Source: a virus
Strand: one strand, 5' to 3'
Virus record (IMG/VR): IMGVR_UViG_3300008116_003012
Span: 1 to 64,000 of that record
DNA: 64,000 nt
Positions 1-9,824 of this stretch are shown here, piece after piece. The notes beneath the pieces are model-generated. The model was not told where the DNA came from. It saw nothing but the letters and a program-made list of their open reading frames with translations, and did no database searches. The position numbers and the translations under genes are program-made. Every line of letters begins with the position of its first letter. Positions within the stretch are counted from its first letter, which is position 1.

Positions 1-882
1 GTCATTAGTCCTTCTTTTAAGTTTGATATTTATTTTAGTCATGACAATGAATATGATCGTAAAATGAATCATGTATTTCTTAACGGGGATCATTATGATG
101 GTATTATGTTAATGAGTAAGCATCGACCAGTTAGTGAAAGAGAATTTAATAGTAGATTCTTGATTACCCGCAAAGAATGGAACATACAAGCAAGCACCCC
201 AAAATCTAAAATTTATGATATTGTCTTTATAAGCTATAACGAACCTAATGCAGACAGTAATTTCCAAGCACTAAAAGATAAACAACCTACTGCTAAAAGA
301 GTACACGGAGTTAAAGGTATTCATAATGCTCATATAAAAGCAGCTGAAATATCTGATACTCCGTTATTCTGGGTAGTTGACGGTGATGCTTTAATATTAG
401 ACAGTTTCAACTTTGACTATCACGTACCTACATGGGACGCTGAAACAGTTCATGTATGGAGAAGTAAAAATCCTATTAATAATTTAGAATACGGATATGG
501 AGGAGTTAAACTCTTACCTAGACAACTAACACTAGGTATGGACACTAGTTCAACTGATATGACAACTAGTATCAGTAACAATTTTAAAATAATGGATAAC
601 GCCAGCAACATTACAGCGTTTAATACAGATCCTTTTAACACATGGAAAAGTGCATTTAGAGAATGTGTTAAATTAGCCAGCAAATCTATTAATAGACAAG
701 TAACGGAAGAAACAGAACAGCGCCTTGATACATGGTGTACACAAGGCGCTGATAAATTGTTTGGGGAATATGCTATTGCAGGAGCAGTAGCAGGTAAACT
801 ATTTGCCGAAACACAACCAACCGAAACTCATAGGATTAATGATTTCGATTGGTTGTATAAAACATTTAAATTAAATTTCTAA
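1..882 (+). CDS. Glycosyltransferase-like (GT-A-type) phage protein, 5'-truncated by the window edge
   Basis: Frame is open from base 1 (VISPSFKFD...). It has YDIVFISYNE, a GIHNAH motif and FWVVDGD (DxD). Confidence 0.6.
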   Translation, partial: VISPSFKFDIYFSHDNEYDRKMNHVFLNGDHYDGIMLMSKHRPVSEREFNSRFLITRKEWNIQASTPKSKIYDIVFISYNEPNADSNFQALKDKQPTAKRVHGVKGIHNAHIKAAEISDTPLFWVVDGDALILDSFNFDYHVPTWDAETVHVWRSKNPINNLEYGYGGVKLLPRQLTLGMDTSSTDMTTSISNNFKIMDNASNITAFNTDPFNTWKSAFRECVKLASKSINRQVTEETEQRLDTWCTQGADKLFGEYAIAGAVAGKLFAETQPTETHRINDFDWLYKTFKLNF

Positions 883-1545
883 AGGAAATACTTCGGAAAT
901 AATCTTAGCACATGCTTGAGCAATCTCCATGTGCTCTTTTTGCGTTCCGTTTTCCTTACGCAAGTTAATGTAATGAATCCAACTACGGATAGTTCCGTTC
1001 ATATACATGCGACTTACTGTAAGTCCTTCAGGAAGAACGGCTCGAGCTTGTTCTTTAGCAATGCCATTTGCAATAGCCCATTTGTATTCTTTTTCTACTG
1101 CAAATAGCACACGCTTTTGAGCACGTTCCCATTCAATAGCCAGTAAACGTTGGCTTTCGTCGTTCATATCAAACTCAACACTGTTCTGTCTATTCTTTGT
1201 GTCCTGAAAACGTGCTTCACGGACTACAAACGCTTCTCCTAATTCTGCTGTAGGATCAGCATAGCGTTGACTAAACTCTTGAAAACTAAATGAACGATGA
1301 CGTAGAATTTGTCGAGCAATATCTCTAGTAGTTTCAATTTCAATACAAGCTGAAACCATTTCGAGAGGTGACCAATGTTGATGTTTGATCAAATACTTAA
1401 TTAGTTTTTCACTAGTTTCTGTATTGAACTGATTAGCAGGATTACTTACACGAGCACAGTATGCAACAAGATCAAGAGCATCTTCAATGTCTTGATTTTG
1501 AAATTCCTCTGTGGGCTTGCTATAAGATACTAATTTAACTTTCAT
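871..1545 (-). CDS. thyX: Flavin-dependent thymidylate synthase
   Basis: HWSPLE, RQILRHRSFSFQEFSQRY (ThyX RHRx7S motif), EQARAVLP. Confidence 0.97.
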   Translation of the reverse strand: MKVKLVSYSKPTEEFQNQDIEDALDLVAYCARVSNPANQFNTETSEKLIKYLIKHQHWSPLEMVSACIEIETTRDIARQILRHRSFSFQEFSQRYADPTAELGEAFVVREARFQDTKNRQNSVEFDMNDESQRLLAIEWERAQKRVLFAVEKEYKWAIANGIAKEQARAVLPEGLTVSRMYMNGTIRSWIHYINLRKENGTQKEHMEIAQACAKIISEVFPLEI

Positions 1546-1862
1546 TTTAGCTTTCTATTGTTTAAGAATTTTTTAGTGTGTTTGATCATGTCTTTTTTAA
1601 TACGATCTGTGTCTAACTTGAAATCAATTTTATCAATGTCATCTTCGTATTGGCGAATAATTTCTTTGATTTCTTTTTCAAAGACATCCCAGCTCTGAGC
1701 CTTTAAGTTTTTTTTAAAATCTATTTCCCAAACTTTGGTGTTTTTAAATGTAATTTCAATAGTGTGTACATAAACAAGGGGAACTACATTTAATGTAACT
1801 TCCCCGAATATCTCAGGCCATAAATCTACTACATCTTTGGGAAGAGTCTTCCCATTATTCAC
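1542..1862 (-). CDS. Hypothetical protein
   Basis: 106-aa ORF overlapping both neighbours. Confidence 0.7.
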   Translation of the reverse strand: MNNGKTLPKDVVDLWPEIFGEVTLNVVPLVYVHTIEITFKNTKVWEIDFKKNLKAQSWDVFEKEIKEIIRQYEDDIDKIDFKLDTDRIKKDMIKHTKKFLNNRKLK

Positions 1863-2499
1863 TTACTGCTTCTTTTTTCTTTTTAGTAGTTGGAACTAGT
1901 GCTTCTGCCTGGCGTCTTAGTTCTGCCGCTTCTTTGCTTAGACGATCTGCATCACTGCGGAATTTCTTAGCTTGATCTTCAACAGACAATGGAGCAGAAA
2001 CAACAGGCTGTACATCTTCATTAACAGATCCTGAGGTTGTTTTACCTGCATTACTAATGTCTTTTACAGTGGCAACTTCTTGAACTTCTACGTTCGGAGG
2101 CACAGCATTTGGATCCTTGACTGAAAGGTCATCAACGGCTGTTCCTCTTTGTTCAGCGATCAATTGATTAAGCTCTGCCAAAGAAATCGATGCTTGAAAG
2201 TTAGGAGTCATTTCTACTTTATCAGTGCCTACTTTAATTAGCTTTCCTTGAACATGTAGTGTAGGAAGCATAGTACTACCATCTGGAAACTTTGCTCTTG
2301 CAAGTACTTCGTGAAACTCAAATGCTTGCTGAGCCGCAGGACTTTCAACAAGTTGAATAAGAGAATTATGTTGGTCGTCTAGTAGATTCTCTGTAGGAAC
2401 TACTAAACAATTATACGCATCACCTGGAAGTGTTCTAAATGCTACTAGTACTTTTTTTCCTGTAGCTTTAATTTTTCCTACATGTTTTAGATCTGCCAT
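1855..2499 (-). CDS. Hypothetical phage protein with C-terminal coiled coil
   Basis: 214-aa ORF with GGAG RBS. Confidence 0.75.
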   Translation of the reverse strand: MADLKHVGKIKATGKKVLVAFRTLPGDAYNCLVVPTENLLDDQHNSLIQLVESPAAQQAFEFHEVLARAKFPDGSTMLPTLHVQGKLIKVGTDKVEMTPNFQASISLAELNQLIAEQRGTAVDDLSVKDPNAVPPNVEVQEVATVKDISNAGKTTSGSVNEDVQPVVSAPLSVEDQAKKFRSDADRLSKEAAELRRQAEALVPTTKKKKEAVSE

Positions 2500-2500
2500 G

Positions 2501-2728
2501 TTATTCTCCTTGTGGTGCTTGTGTTGACTGTGCTTTTGCAGCCTCTAAGAATGCATTGACCTTGTCGAATAGCACTCCAACGGATGATAATTCGTTAGCT
2601 TTAAAGGCACCCCTCTGAGTTACTACTTCGATTAAATTTCGAATAGCAGCCAAATCATTTAAGTTAAGTTCAGGTTTCGGTGCATCTGTTACTTGTTCTT
2701 GAGTAACTTCGTTTACTTGTTCAGTCAT
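2501..2728 (-). CDS. Small helical protein, paralog of 2725-2934
   Basis: LNDLAAIRNLIEVVTQRGAFKANEL. Confidence 0.75.
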   Translation of the reverse strand: MTEQVNEVTQEQVTDAPKPELNLNDLAAIRNLIEVVTQRGAFKANELSSVGVLFDKVNAFLEAAKAQSTQAPQGE

Positions 2729-2934
2729 TTAGACTCTCCTTGTTGTTTTACTGATTCTAAAAATGCCATCAGCTTATTATAAGTCTGTCCTACAACCATC
2801 ATTTCAGTTGGTTTAAACGCACCTCTTTGACTAGCAATATCGATAATGCTTTTTATAGCTACTAAGTCATTGATCGTTAGTTGAGTCTGATCTTGTGCAG
2901 TTTCTTGTGATTGGGTATTTTCATTTTCACTCAT
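2725..2934 (-). CDS. Small helical protein, paralog of 2501-2728
   Basis: INDLVAIKSIIDIASQRGAFKPTEM; AGGAG RBS. Confidence 0.75.
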   Translation of the reverse strand: MSENENTQSQETAQDQTQLTINDLVAIKSIIDIASQRGAFKPTEMMVVGQTYNKLMAFLESVKQQGESK

Positions 2935-2975
2935 GTGAGTACTCCTTTCTATTATATATGCTTATAATTTATCTA

Positions 2976-3254
2976 TCAGATAAGATCTGGACAAGCAAGT
3001 TTGAAAAAACTAAGTTCTTTCTCTTGTTCAAATCCAATCCGAGTAGTGAACACAATAGTATTGTCAATAATACCTATATACTGACCTATGTAATATCTAC
3101 CGTTTAAATTTTGACTAATCCAATTGTCTAGTTTATTAACAAACGAAGGATTAAATTTTGGAATTTCTGTATAGACAAAATGATGTGCTGGGAATTCCAC
3201 TTTACGGATACCCAGCACATTTAGCGGATTTACTTTACCGTTTTTAAGAGCCAT
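2976..3254 (-). CDS. Hypothetical protein
   Basis: 92-aa ORF abutting the upstream gene. Confidence 0.7.
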   Translation of the reverse strand: MALKNGKVNPLNVLGIRKVEFPAHHFVYTEIPKFNPSFVNKLDNWISQNLNGRYYIGQYIGIIDNTIVFTTRIGFEQEKELSFFKLACPDLI

Positions 3255-4466
3255 TTAACTTCTTGCTTCTTCTTGATAATATGCATAAGTACCGAAAGGA
3301 GGTACAATAGTATTATTGCCGTGAATGATGAATACTGTATCACAGTAGTTCTCATCACCCCAAGATCCCCAAGGATATCCGTCTGTGAACATGATAAACT
3401 TTTTAGGGTTGATATCATTGTGCTTCATGTATTCCCAGTTGGCGTCAAATTCAGTACCACCGCCGCCCATAGGCTCGTATTCGGTAATGTCGTTGCCGCC
3501 ATAACCATCAAAGTCTTGTTCATTATAAACCTTAGTGTCAAAGCACCAGATTTTGATGTTATAGTCTTTGTATTCGTCCATGATGCCTTTGATTTCTGTT
3601 AAGAAGTCTTTGGCCTGTTCATCGCTGATAGAACCTGACATGTCAATACTAATACAAATATCAATAGTCTCATCAAAGTTCATGCCAGGCAAAATAGCAC
3701 CAGTATGCCAACCTTTGCGGCTAGGACGAGCAAAAGTATAGTCGTTGCGGATAGTACTTTGGATTTGCTGACGCAAAATCTGACGCCAGTTCATTTTAGG
3801 CTCAGTCAATTCACGGATCAAACGTTGAATTTCTGCCGGAGTGTTACCTGCACCAGCAGCCTGCGCCGCCGCAATGCTGGCTTCGCGAATCTCGTCACGG
3901 ATTTGTTTTAACTCTTCTTTAGTGTACTGCGGCTTGCCTCCTTGTCCAGGTTGCTTGCCCTGTCCGTTGCCTTGTCCATCGCCTTCCCAATCAATGTGCT
4001 GATCCAGCAATTGGCCTAATGCATCTAAATCTTTGCCGTCTTCTTCTTCATAGATTTCGTCATACACTTGTTCTGCACTCTTGCCGTAGTGCTTTGGATC
4101 GTGATAGATTTTAATGTCTTTAAAATTGCCATCACCGATTTTATCACGAACTAACTGACCGTTTACACAATAGTCGATAGCGGCGTTCCAAATTTTCTTA
4201 TTACGATTTTCGGTACGTGCAATATGATCGAATACGTTGTGTAGAATTTCATGAGCTACAACAAACTCTACCTGTTTAGCTGTGAGCTTCTCAAAAAACG
4301 GACGGCTATAAAACAAATGGCGTCCGTCAGTTGCCGCAGTAGTACACCAATCACTGGCATCTACAATTTTCAAACGGGTTGCCATGTTACCAAAGAATGG
4401 ATGGCGCAGTAGCAGGCCAATACGAGCTACAATAATCTTATCTACAACAGGGTCTAAATGTGTCAT
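3255..4466 (-). CDS. Metallopeptidase-like plus VWA domain protein (DUF2201-like), MoxR partner
   Basis: TAATDG, HEILH (HExxH), MIDAS DMSGS, GGGGT, MFTDG. Confidence 0.9.
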   Translation of the reverse strand: MTHLDPVVDKIIVARIGLLLRHPFFGNMATRLKIVDASDWCTTAATDGRHLFYSRPFFEKLTAKQVEFVVAHEILHNVFDHIARTENRNKKIWNAAIDYCVNGQLVRDKIGDGNFKDIKIYHDPKHYGKSAEQVYDEIYEEEDGKDLDALGQLLDQHIDWEGDGQGNGQGKQPGQGGKPQYTKEELKQIRDEIREASIAAAQAAGAGNTPAEIQRLIRELTEPKMNWRQILRQQIQSTIRNDYTFARPSRKGWHTGAILPGMNFDETIDICISIDMSGSISDEQAKDFLTEIKGIMDEYKDYNIKIWCFDTKVYNEQDFDGYGGNDITEYEPMGGGGTEFDANWEYMKHNDINPKKFIMFTDGYPWGSWGDENYCDTVFIIHGNNTIVPPFGTYAYYQEEARS

Positions 4467-4496
4467 TAATTGCTCCGAATAATACTGTATGTATAT

Positions 4497-4525
4497 ATTA
4501 TAACAGGACCCGTAGGTCCTGTCAA
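4497..4525 (-). promoter_or_regulatory. sigma70-type promoter with a hairpin in its spacer
   Basis: TTGACA-N17-TATAAT with extended TG. The inverted repeat ACAGGACC-TACG-GGTCCTGT fills the spacer. Confidence 0.85.
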
Positions 4526-4542
4526 TTGATTTTGGCTAGCGA

Positions 4543-5634
4543 TCAACGCTTTTCTGTAGCTGCCGCAATATACTTGCCAAATTTGGAGTGGAAATCATCG
4601 AAACATTTGATTTCGTCTGGATCCAAAGGCAGTTGATATTGTGTCAATGCCAGTTTAGTACCCATAACAACCAATTCGGTTTCGAAATTGTCCATCATAA
4701 ATTGGAAGAAGTTACTGGCCTGATCGTTCCAATCTTTGGCTTTCTTTTCGCAAGCATCTTTGAGCTCATAACACAGGCTAACAGTCAACGAATACATAGC
4801 GGAGATTTCCTTAGTATCCATTTTCTTAACCTTACCAGAAAGGATGTCTGTAGGGTTAGGCAGCTTAGATGCCACTTTACGGTGTGCCATAAACTTGATA
4901 GCAAGACCTTCGCCTACTGCACCGCTAGCCAAATCAGTCAATGTGCTTTCGTCCTCGTCTTCATCAAACAACAGTTCGGATACAAAACTCCAGCTACGAG
5001 GAGTAGCGAATGCTTTGGAGCCACTCTTTGGATCAAAGTCATACAAATCCTTCTTGCTAAAAGTCAAGAAGCCAACAACGTCCTTATGGATACGGTTGTC
5101 AGTAGCCCAAGAGAACCAGTCATCCCAATCAACGCTCATTTCCAAGTGAACGAAGCGGTTAGCCAACGGAGCAGGCATACGATAAGTAACACCTTTATCT
5201 GCTTCACGGTTACCAGCCGCCACAATAAACACATTATCGGGCAGTGTATAAGTACCAACCTTACGGTTCAGTACCAATTGGTATGCCGCAGCCTGTACAG
5301 CAGGAGCAGCCGAGTTCATTTCATCCATAAACAGAATGATCTGATCATGCTTTGCAGCCATTTCTGCATCTGGAAGTTCAATAGGAGGAGCCCAATTCAT
5401 GCGACCTGCATTGGCATCAAAGTAAGGGATACCTTTAATGTCGGTAGGTTCCCAAAGGCTCAAACGGATATCAATAACATGAGCATCCAATTCAGCACCA
5501 ATTTGTTTGATGATATCGGACTTACCAATTCCTGGAGGACCCCACAGGAAGATTGGACGCTGTGCCTTAAATGCACGACGAATTGCTTTTTTGCCAGTTT
5601 TCGGGCCAACGGTGCGTGAAATAATCTCGCTCAT
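4543..5634 (-). CDS. MoxR-like AAA+ ATPase
   Basis: Walker A GPPGIGKS, Walker B LFMDE, AAGN, LANRF, TPRSW. Confidence 0.92.
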   Translation of the reverse strand: MSEIISRTVGPKTGKKAIRRAFKAQRPIFLWGPPGIGKSDIIKQIGAELDAHVIDIRLSLWEPTDIKGIPYFDANAGRMNWAPPIELPDAEMAAKHDQIILFMDEMNSAAPAVQAAAYQLVLNRKVGTYTLPDNVFIVAAGNREADKGVTYRMPAPLANRFVHLEMSVDWDDWFSWATDNRIHKDVVGFLTFSKKDLYDFDPKSGSKAFATPRSWSFVSELLFDEDEDESTLTDLASGAVGEGLAIKFMAHRKVASKLPNPTDILSGKVKKMDTKEISAMYSLTVSLCYELKDACEKKAKDWNDQASNFFQFMMDNFETELVVMGTKLALTQYQLPLDPDEIKCFDDFHSKFGKYIAAATEKR

Positions 5635-5683
5635 AAATACTCCAGGGTTAAAAAATTGTTAAGAACTAACTGTCTATGTATCT

Positions 5684-5712
5684 ATTATAACGCCATAAGC
5701 AGTCTACGTCAA
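5684..5712 (-). promoter_or_regulatory. sigma70-type early promoter
   Basis: TTGACG-N17-TATAAT followed by AGATACATA, compared with ATATACATA after the 4497 promoter. Confidence 0.8.
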
Positions 5713-5728
5713 CAATTTTTTAGGAGTT

Positions 5729-6127
5729 TTAGTCCGTTTGGCTGTCTTTATTTCGGGCGTTCATTGCTTTGACTAGCCCATATTTTCGAATATCGTCCGA
5801 AAACATGTGTAGCTCAAAGGCTTTTTTTTCGCTAAAAACGGTTAAACTTTGAAAAGTTAAGTAATAAGGACAGTCCAAATATCTATCAAAAAATATAATA
5901 ACCTGCGGACTAATTTCTATCTTATCAGTAAATGGAATTTCGTGTTCTTGTAGAGAAAGATCTTTTACTAAAAACTCATATCCTTCATCGCTCAACCTTA
6001 AGCCGCCATCTTTTTTAGTTCGATGATTTTGCCACCACTTTTGCAGATGAAGTTTGACATTGGCTTCATCTGTGCTTTTACCTAGTTCATTTAAGAAAAT
6101 TTTGGTATATGTCTCTTTTGAGATCAT
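5729..6127 (-). CDS. Hypothetical protein
   Basis: 132-aa ORF with ATGA overlap. Confidence 0.75.
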   Translation of the reverse strand: MISKETYTKIFLNELGKSTDEANVKLHLQKWWQNHRTKKDGGLRLSDEGYEFLVKDLSLQEHEIPFTDKIEISPQVIIFFDRYLDCPYYLTFQSLTVFSEKKAFELHMFSDDIRKYGLVKAMNARNKDSQTD

Positions 6128-6408
6128 TTTAATGTTTCACCCGAAGTTAATCTAACTACTTGAAAGTCTTCGCAATTAAATGTTTTATTCAATTTTTTAG
6201 CCAAATTAACAGCGTGTCCGGGATTACTAAATGAAACTTTTTTGTATTTAGGACCAGGATAACTAGTTAAACTATTAAAACTCTTAAGGTTAAAGGGCTG
6301 ATTCTTATAGAATACAGCCCATATTGCGTCAGATTCTAAAATCTGTTCACTCTTATAGTTTTTCTTATTAGTATATTCCAATAACACTTTAGGTTTTGGT
6401 CTACTCAT
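6124..6408 (-). CDS. Hypothetical basic protein
   Basis: 94 aa (MSRPKP...), preceded by TAAATA and an RBS hairpin. Confidence 0.75.
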   Translation of the reverse strand: MSRPKPKVLLEYTNKKNYKSEQILESDAIWAVFYKNQPFNLKSFNSLTSYPGPKYKKVSFSNPGHAVNLAKKLNKTFNCEDFQVVRLTSGETLK

Positions 6409-6435
6409 GTATGCGTCCTTTTTAATGTACGCATA

Positions 6436-6441
6436 TATTTA
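6436..6441 (-). promoter_or_regulatory. T4-like late promoter core TAAATA (representative copy)
   Basis: The same motif lies just upstream of gene starts on the minus strand at 19674, 25363, 27498, 29708, 35203, 37902, 42518, 45097, 48617, 54099, 55526 and 63843, and on the plus strand at 63873. Confidence 0.7.
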
Positions 6442-6443
6442 TC

Positions 6444-6689
6444 TTAATTATTAGAAAAGCCGCCGCCATCCATTTGTACAGAAACTGTGCCAGTTCCTTG
6501 TGCTTCTTTAAGTTCCATAAGAAGTTTGTCATAGTCCATAAGAAGTTTAGAACTAACTTCACCTAAACAAAAAGCAAGATTTTTTGCAGATTTTATATCT
6601 ATCTTAACTTCTTTTTGTTGGCTTAATTCAGCAGCCTTTACTTGTTGTAAAAACTGCTGGATAGGAATAGTATTAATCGGATTTGGCAT
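6444..6689 (-). CDS. Hypothetical protein
   Basis: 81-aa ORF. Confidence 0.7.
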   Translation of the reverse strand: MPNPINTIPIQQFLQQVKAAELSQQKEVKIDIKSAKNLAFCLGEVSSKLLMDYDKLLMELKEAQGTGTVSVQMDGGGFSNN

Positions 6690-7152
6690 TTGATAGAACC
6701 TGCTTCATTTCTAATTCTGTTTTGAACGGTCCTTTACTTTCATAACGTTCAATAGTAATTAGCTTAGGACAAAGGCTTTTAACCCATCCTTTATCGAATT
6801 TAATGATGTAATAGCCAGCACAATAGATGCTTTTACTTTCTGGACTCTTTGTAAACAATGGCAATCGCTTCTGTACATTAAACATAGGATTGTGCGGATA
6901 ACAACTAGTTGGATATCCATGAACATCTCTAACTTCTTGATGACTAATAGTTGTTTTGATCTTGCTACCAAAGAAATTTTTACCAAATGCCTTTGTAAGT
7001 TCTTCTTTTTTGTTAAACCAACTCTCACCAGTTTTAGAACTTAGAATAAATTTGTTGTTTTCTTTCTTATGTAGCGTTCCGACTTTTTCGCCGTCTTGTT
7101 CTACAATCCAAAATTTACCATCAACAATAGGTTTTGCGTGAATTTCTGTCAT
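6673..7152 (-). CDS. Hypothetical protein
   Basis: 159-aa ORF coupled to rnh by TAATG. Confidence 0.75.
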   Translation of the reverse strand: MTEIHAKPIVDGKFWIVEQDGEKVGTLHKKENNKFILSSKTGESWFNKKEELTKAFGKNFFGSKIKTTISHQEVRDVHGYPTSCYPHNPMFNVQKRLPLFTKSPESKSIYCAGYYIIKFDKGWVKSLCPKLITIERYESKGPFKTELEMKQVLSNAKSD

Positions 7153-8171
7153 TAGTTAGTCTCTGTTAGTTTGCGCCAAGTTACATCTCGTTCAGGAAAT
7201 TTAGCTTGGAAAGGTTCTGCGTATTGTTGGATACTATCCATGATACGTTTCATGTCATACAATTGACAAAATTTTAATAGTCTAATACCGACTTGAGTTA
7301 CTTCTTTAGGAACAGCACCTGCATCAATTGTTTCTTTAATAAGAGTTTTAATCTCAGGGGGTTGTGCTGTAAGGTCAATGAGTACACGATTACGATTGTA
7401 GTCATCTATTACACGATGTTCTTGACCTTCGTGATCTACCCAACGTTGCAACATGAGATTGTTCCACGAAAATCCTTTACTGTTACGATCTTCAAATGCT
7501 TCAGTTAATCCCACTTTGTTCTTACTGCCTTTAGTACGCACACCGGGATATGCTGAAAAGACGTTGTCGCTAGTATCACCTCGAACACACTTTTCAAATA
7601 ACAACCATTCGGGATTAGGAACAGCTTTAGGTTCGCCTGTCTTTTTATCTTTAACTGGCTTGCCTTTTTTATCAAAGATGCCTTCTAGTGTATATGTTTC
7701 TTCTGCAACACCATTGTATTGTTTGACGTTAGAAGCCAGCAACTGGTGAAAGTCACTGTCTGTCGAAATGATAACATGATCACTGTTAGGATGAGCTTGG
7801 ATGAAGCCTGCAATTAAATCATCTGCTTCTAGTTGCGGATGACGTAGTACAGTACAATTAGTCTTCTCTCCTACAAAATCTTTAAACGCATCAAAAGTTT
7901 CCCAGAACAATTTATCTTCTTCTTGTTCTTTAACAGTCATTGCGGCACGAGTTTCGGCACGATTTGCTTTGTAGGGTTTATAAAAGTCTTTGCGCCAGCT
8001 ACGACCTTCGAGGCAGAATACAACATGAGCTCCGTTAAAATCTTGCCATGCCTTTTTAACACTATTAAGCATAATGTGTAGAGCCATGCCTACTTTAATG
8101 TCAGCATCTCCGCGGACAGTATGTCTAGCTCGAAAGAATGTGTTAGCAGTGTCAACTAAAATATATGTCAT
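7152..8171 (-). CDS. rnh: T4 RNase H-like 5'-3' exonuclease / flap endonuclease
   Basis: ILVD, SWRK..YKANR, EADDLI, STDSDFHQL, GDTSDNV. Confidence 0.92.
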   Translation of the reverse strand: MTYILVDTANTFFRARHTVRGDADIKVGMALHIMLNSVKKAWQDFNGAHVVFCLEGRSWRKDFYKPYKANRAETRAAMTVKEQEEDKLFWETFDAFKDFVGEKTNCTVLRHPQLEADDLIAGFIQAHPNSDHVIISTDSDFHQLLASNVKQYNGVAEETYTLEGIFDKKGKPVKDKKTGEPKAVPNPEWLLFEKCVRGDTSDNVFSAYPGVRTKGSKNKVGLTEAFEDRNSKGFSWNNLMLQRWVDHEGQEHRVIDDYNRNRVLIDLTAQPPEIKTLIKETIDAGAVPKEVTQVGIRLLKFCQLYDMKRIMDSIQQYAEPFQAKFPERDVTWRKLTETN

Positions 8172-8653
8172 GAAACCTCTGATTTACCTTTAGTAATTGG
8201 AACAACATTGATATAACCAGCACCGCGTGTAGTATCCATGCCTTCTTCGGCTAGCATGCCTCTTACAATATCGCGAAACCAACGATCAACAATTTCTTCT
8301 TCTGGATCACCATCAAACCCGTATCCAGTTTGTTTCAATTGTAACACAAACTCTGCATTCCAGTCAAGCTCAAAAAAGCCGTTTCTAATATTATCTTTAT
8401 TGACGTGCGTATCTAAAACAGCTACATAAGGAATCCCTTGGGCAGAGGCACGTTCTTTTGGGCTAAGTTTCGCAGCCTCCTCTTGTTTTTTTGCTTGTTC
8501 AATTTCAGCATTTGCGGCAGCAATGGCCGCATCTGATTCAGCTTTAGCCATTGCCGCTGCCTTAACTGCTTCAACTGCTGCCGCGTCTGCTTCTTTTTTC
8601 AAGTCTTCAATTGCTTGAATACCTGTGATCTTTTTAAATAATTGTTTAATCAT
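8168..8653 (-). CDS. Hypothetical protein with Ala-rich coiled coil
   Basis: ORF; probable start MIKQLF is coupled to the queE stop. Confidence 0.7.
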   Translation of the reverse strand: MIKQLFKKITGIQAIEDLKKEADAAAVEAVKAAAMAKAESDAAIAAANAEIEQAKKQEEAAKLSPKERASAQGIPYVAVLDTHVNKDNIRNGFFELDWNAEFVLQLKQTGYGFDGDPEEEIVDRWFRDIVRGMLAEEGMDTTRGAGYINVVPITKGKSEVS

Positions 8654-9516
8654 TAGGTTCCCCACTCATTTTTAAATAACGGCACTTGTAATCTATCACT
8701 ATATCGCAATCCGTGTTTCATAGCTAAGTCTGCTACTGTGCGATTGTTTAGTGCATAAACACTTTCAACACCGCCTACTGGCATTAGATAAACATGTCCT
8801 TTAAAGCCTGCTTTACGGAATTCGAGTGTAGCAGTTACTGCGTCATCAAAATCATCTTCGGTAGCAATAACAAACTTCAAGTATGCTGTGCCAACTTGTT
8901 CATATTCACAAACTACTTCTGGACAGATAGCATCTTCCCACTTTTCGCCTGAACATGGAAGTTTGGCACTTACTGAGAATGTAATTTCTTTTACTGGCCC
9001 GCCGTTATGCCAATTTCTTATTTGCCATTGTTTTAAATACTTTTTAAATTCTGGCGATAACTGTTGAGTACCATTTGTTTCAAATGTAATCTCTGTTAAG
9101 CCTGCCATATTAGGGTGATCTAACAAATCAGGATATGCCCGTTGCCAACCTAGTAATGGTTCGCCACCTGTGATAACTAGATGCTCGTCTTTCCACTCAT
9201 TGAAGGGCAGTATCTCCATGATTCTGTCTGCAATGGCATCACTTTCCAACATTGGACTTAGATCTTTAAAACGAGGATCCCAACTTGCGTAACTATCACA
9301 ACCAGTTGACACAAGCGGGAGCTCTTTATAATCTTTAAATTCTGTAATACGTGCCGCAATAGCTTCGACTTCTTGGCTTGCTTCTCCTCGAGGCATACCA
9401 AATCCTTGACATTTAAAGTTACAACCAAATGTGCGTAGAAACACAGAAGGTACACCCATATAGCGTCCTTCACCCTGTATGCTGTAAAACAGCTCTGCAA
9501 TTTTAATTTTACTCAT
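8653..9516 (-). CDS. queE: 7-carboxy-7-deazaguanine synthase (radical SAM)
   Basis: ELFYSIQGEG, FLRTFGCNFKC...CDS (third Cys follows an insertion), ITGGEPLL, ETNGT, SVSAK. Confidence 0.9.
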   Translation of the reverse strand: MSKIKIAELFYSIQGEGRYMGVPSVFLRTFGCNFKCQGFGMPRGEASQEVEAIAARITEFKDYKELPLVSTGCDSYASWDPRFKDLSPMLESDAIADRIMEILPFNEWKDEHLVITGGEPLLGWQRAYPDLLDHPNMAGLTEITFETNGTQQLSPEFKKYLKQWQIRNWHNGGPVKEITFSVSAKLPCSGEKWEDAICPEVVCEYEQVGTAYLKFVIATEDDFDDAVTATLEFRKAGFKGHVYLMPVGGVESVYALNNRTVADLAMKHGLRYSDRLQVPLFKNEWGT

Positions 9517-9824
9517 TGTTTAAACATCTCTAAATTGATAATCTTTGCTACACGTTCGCCAATGTCTTCACCGGTAGGAATAACATAAGTTTGATGATCG
9601 TGACGATCTCTGCGTTCATCATAATGCCGCACATTAAGAATCTTGCCACCTACTGCTGTGCTTAACTCAAAAGTAATTCGACCTTCACCTTCAGGTCGGC
9701 CACGTTCTACTGCTATCGTTCCCATACCTATTGCCATTTGTTTAGCTCCAATTATTTCATCTCTATCTTTGTTTTCCCACGCTTGCTTGCATTTTTTAGC
9801 AACCCATTTGTCAAACCAGTTCAT
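9513..9824 (-). CDS. Hypothetical protein
   Basis: 103-aa ORF with ATGA overlaps. Confidence 0.7.
   Translation of the reverse strand: MNWFDKWVAKKCKQAWENKDRDEIIGAKQMAIGMGTIAVERGRPEGEGRITFELSTAVGGKILNVRHYDERRDRHDHQTYVIPTGEDIGERVAKIINLEMFKQ

Noticed and set aside
4588-5619. 343-aa plus-strand ORF
   Set aside because: Antisense shadow of the MoxR ATPase, with no motifs or RBS. The same applies to the many other short antisense ORFs in the track.
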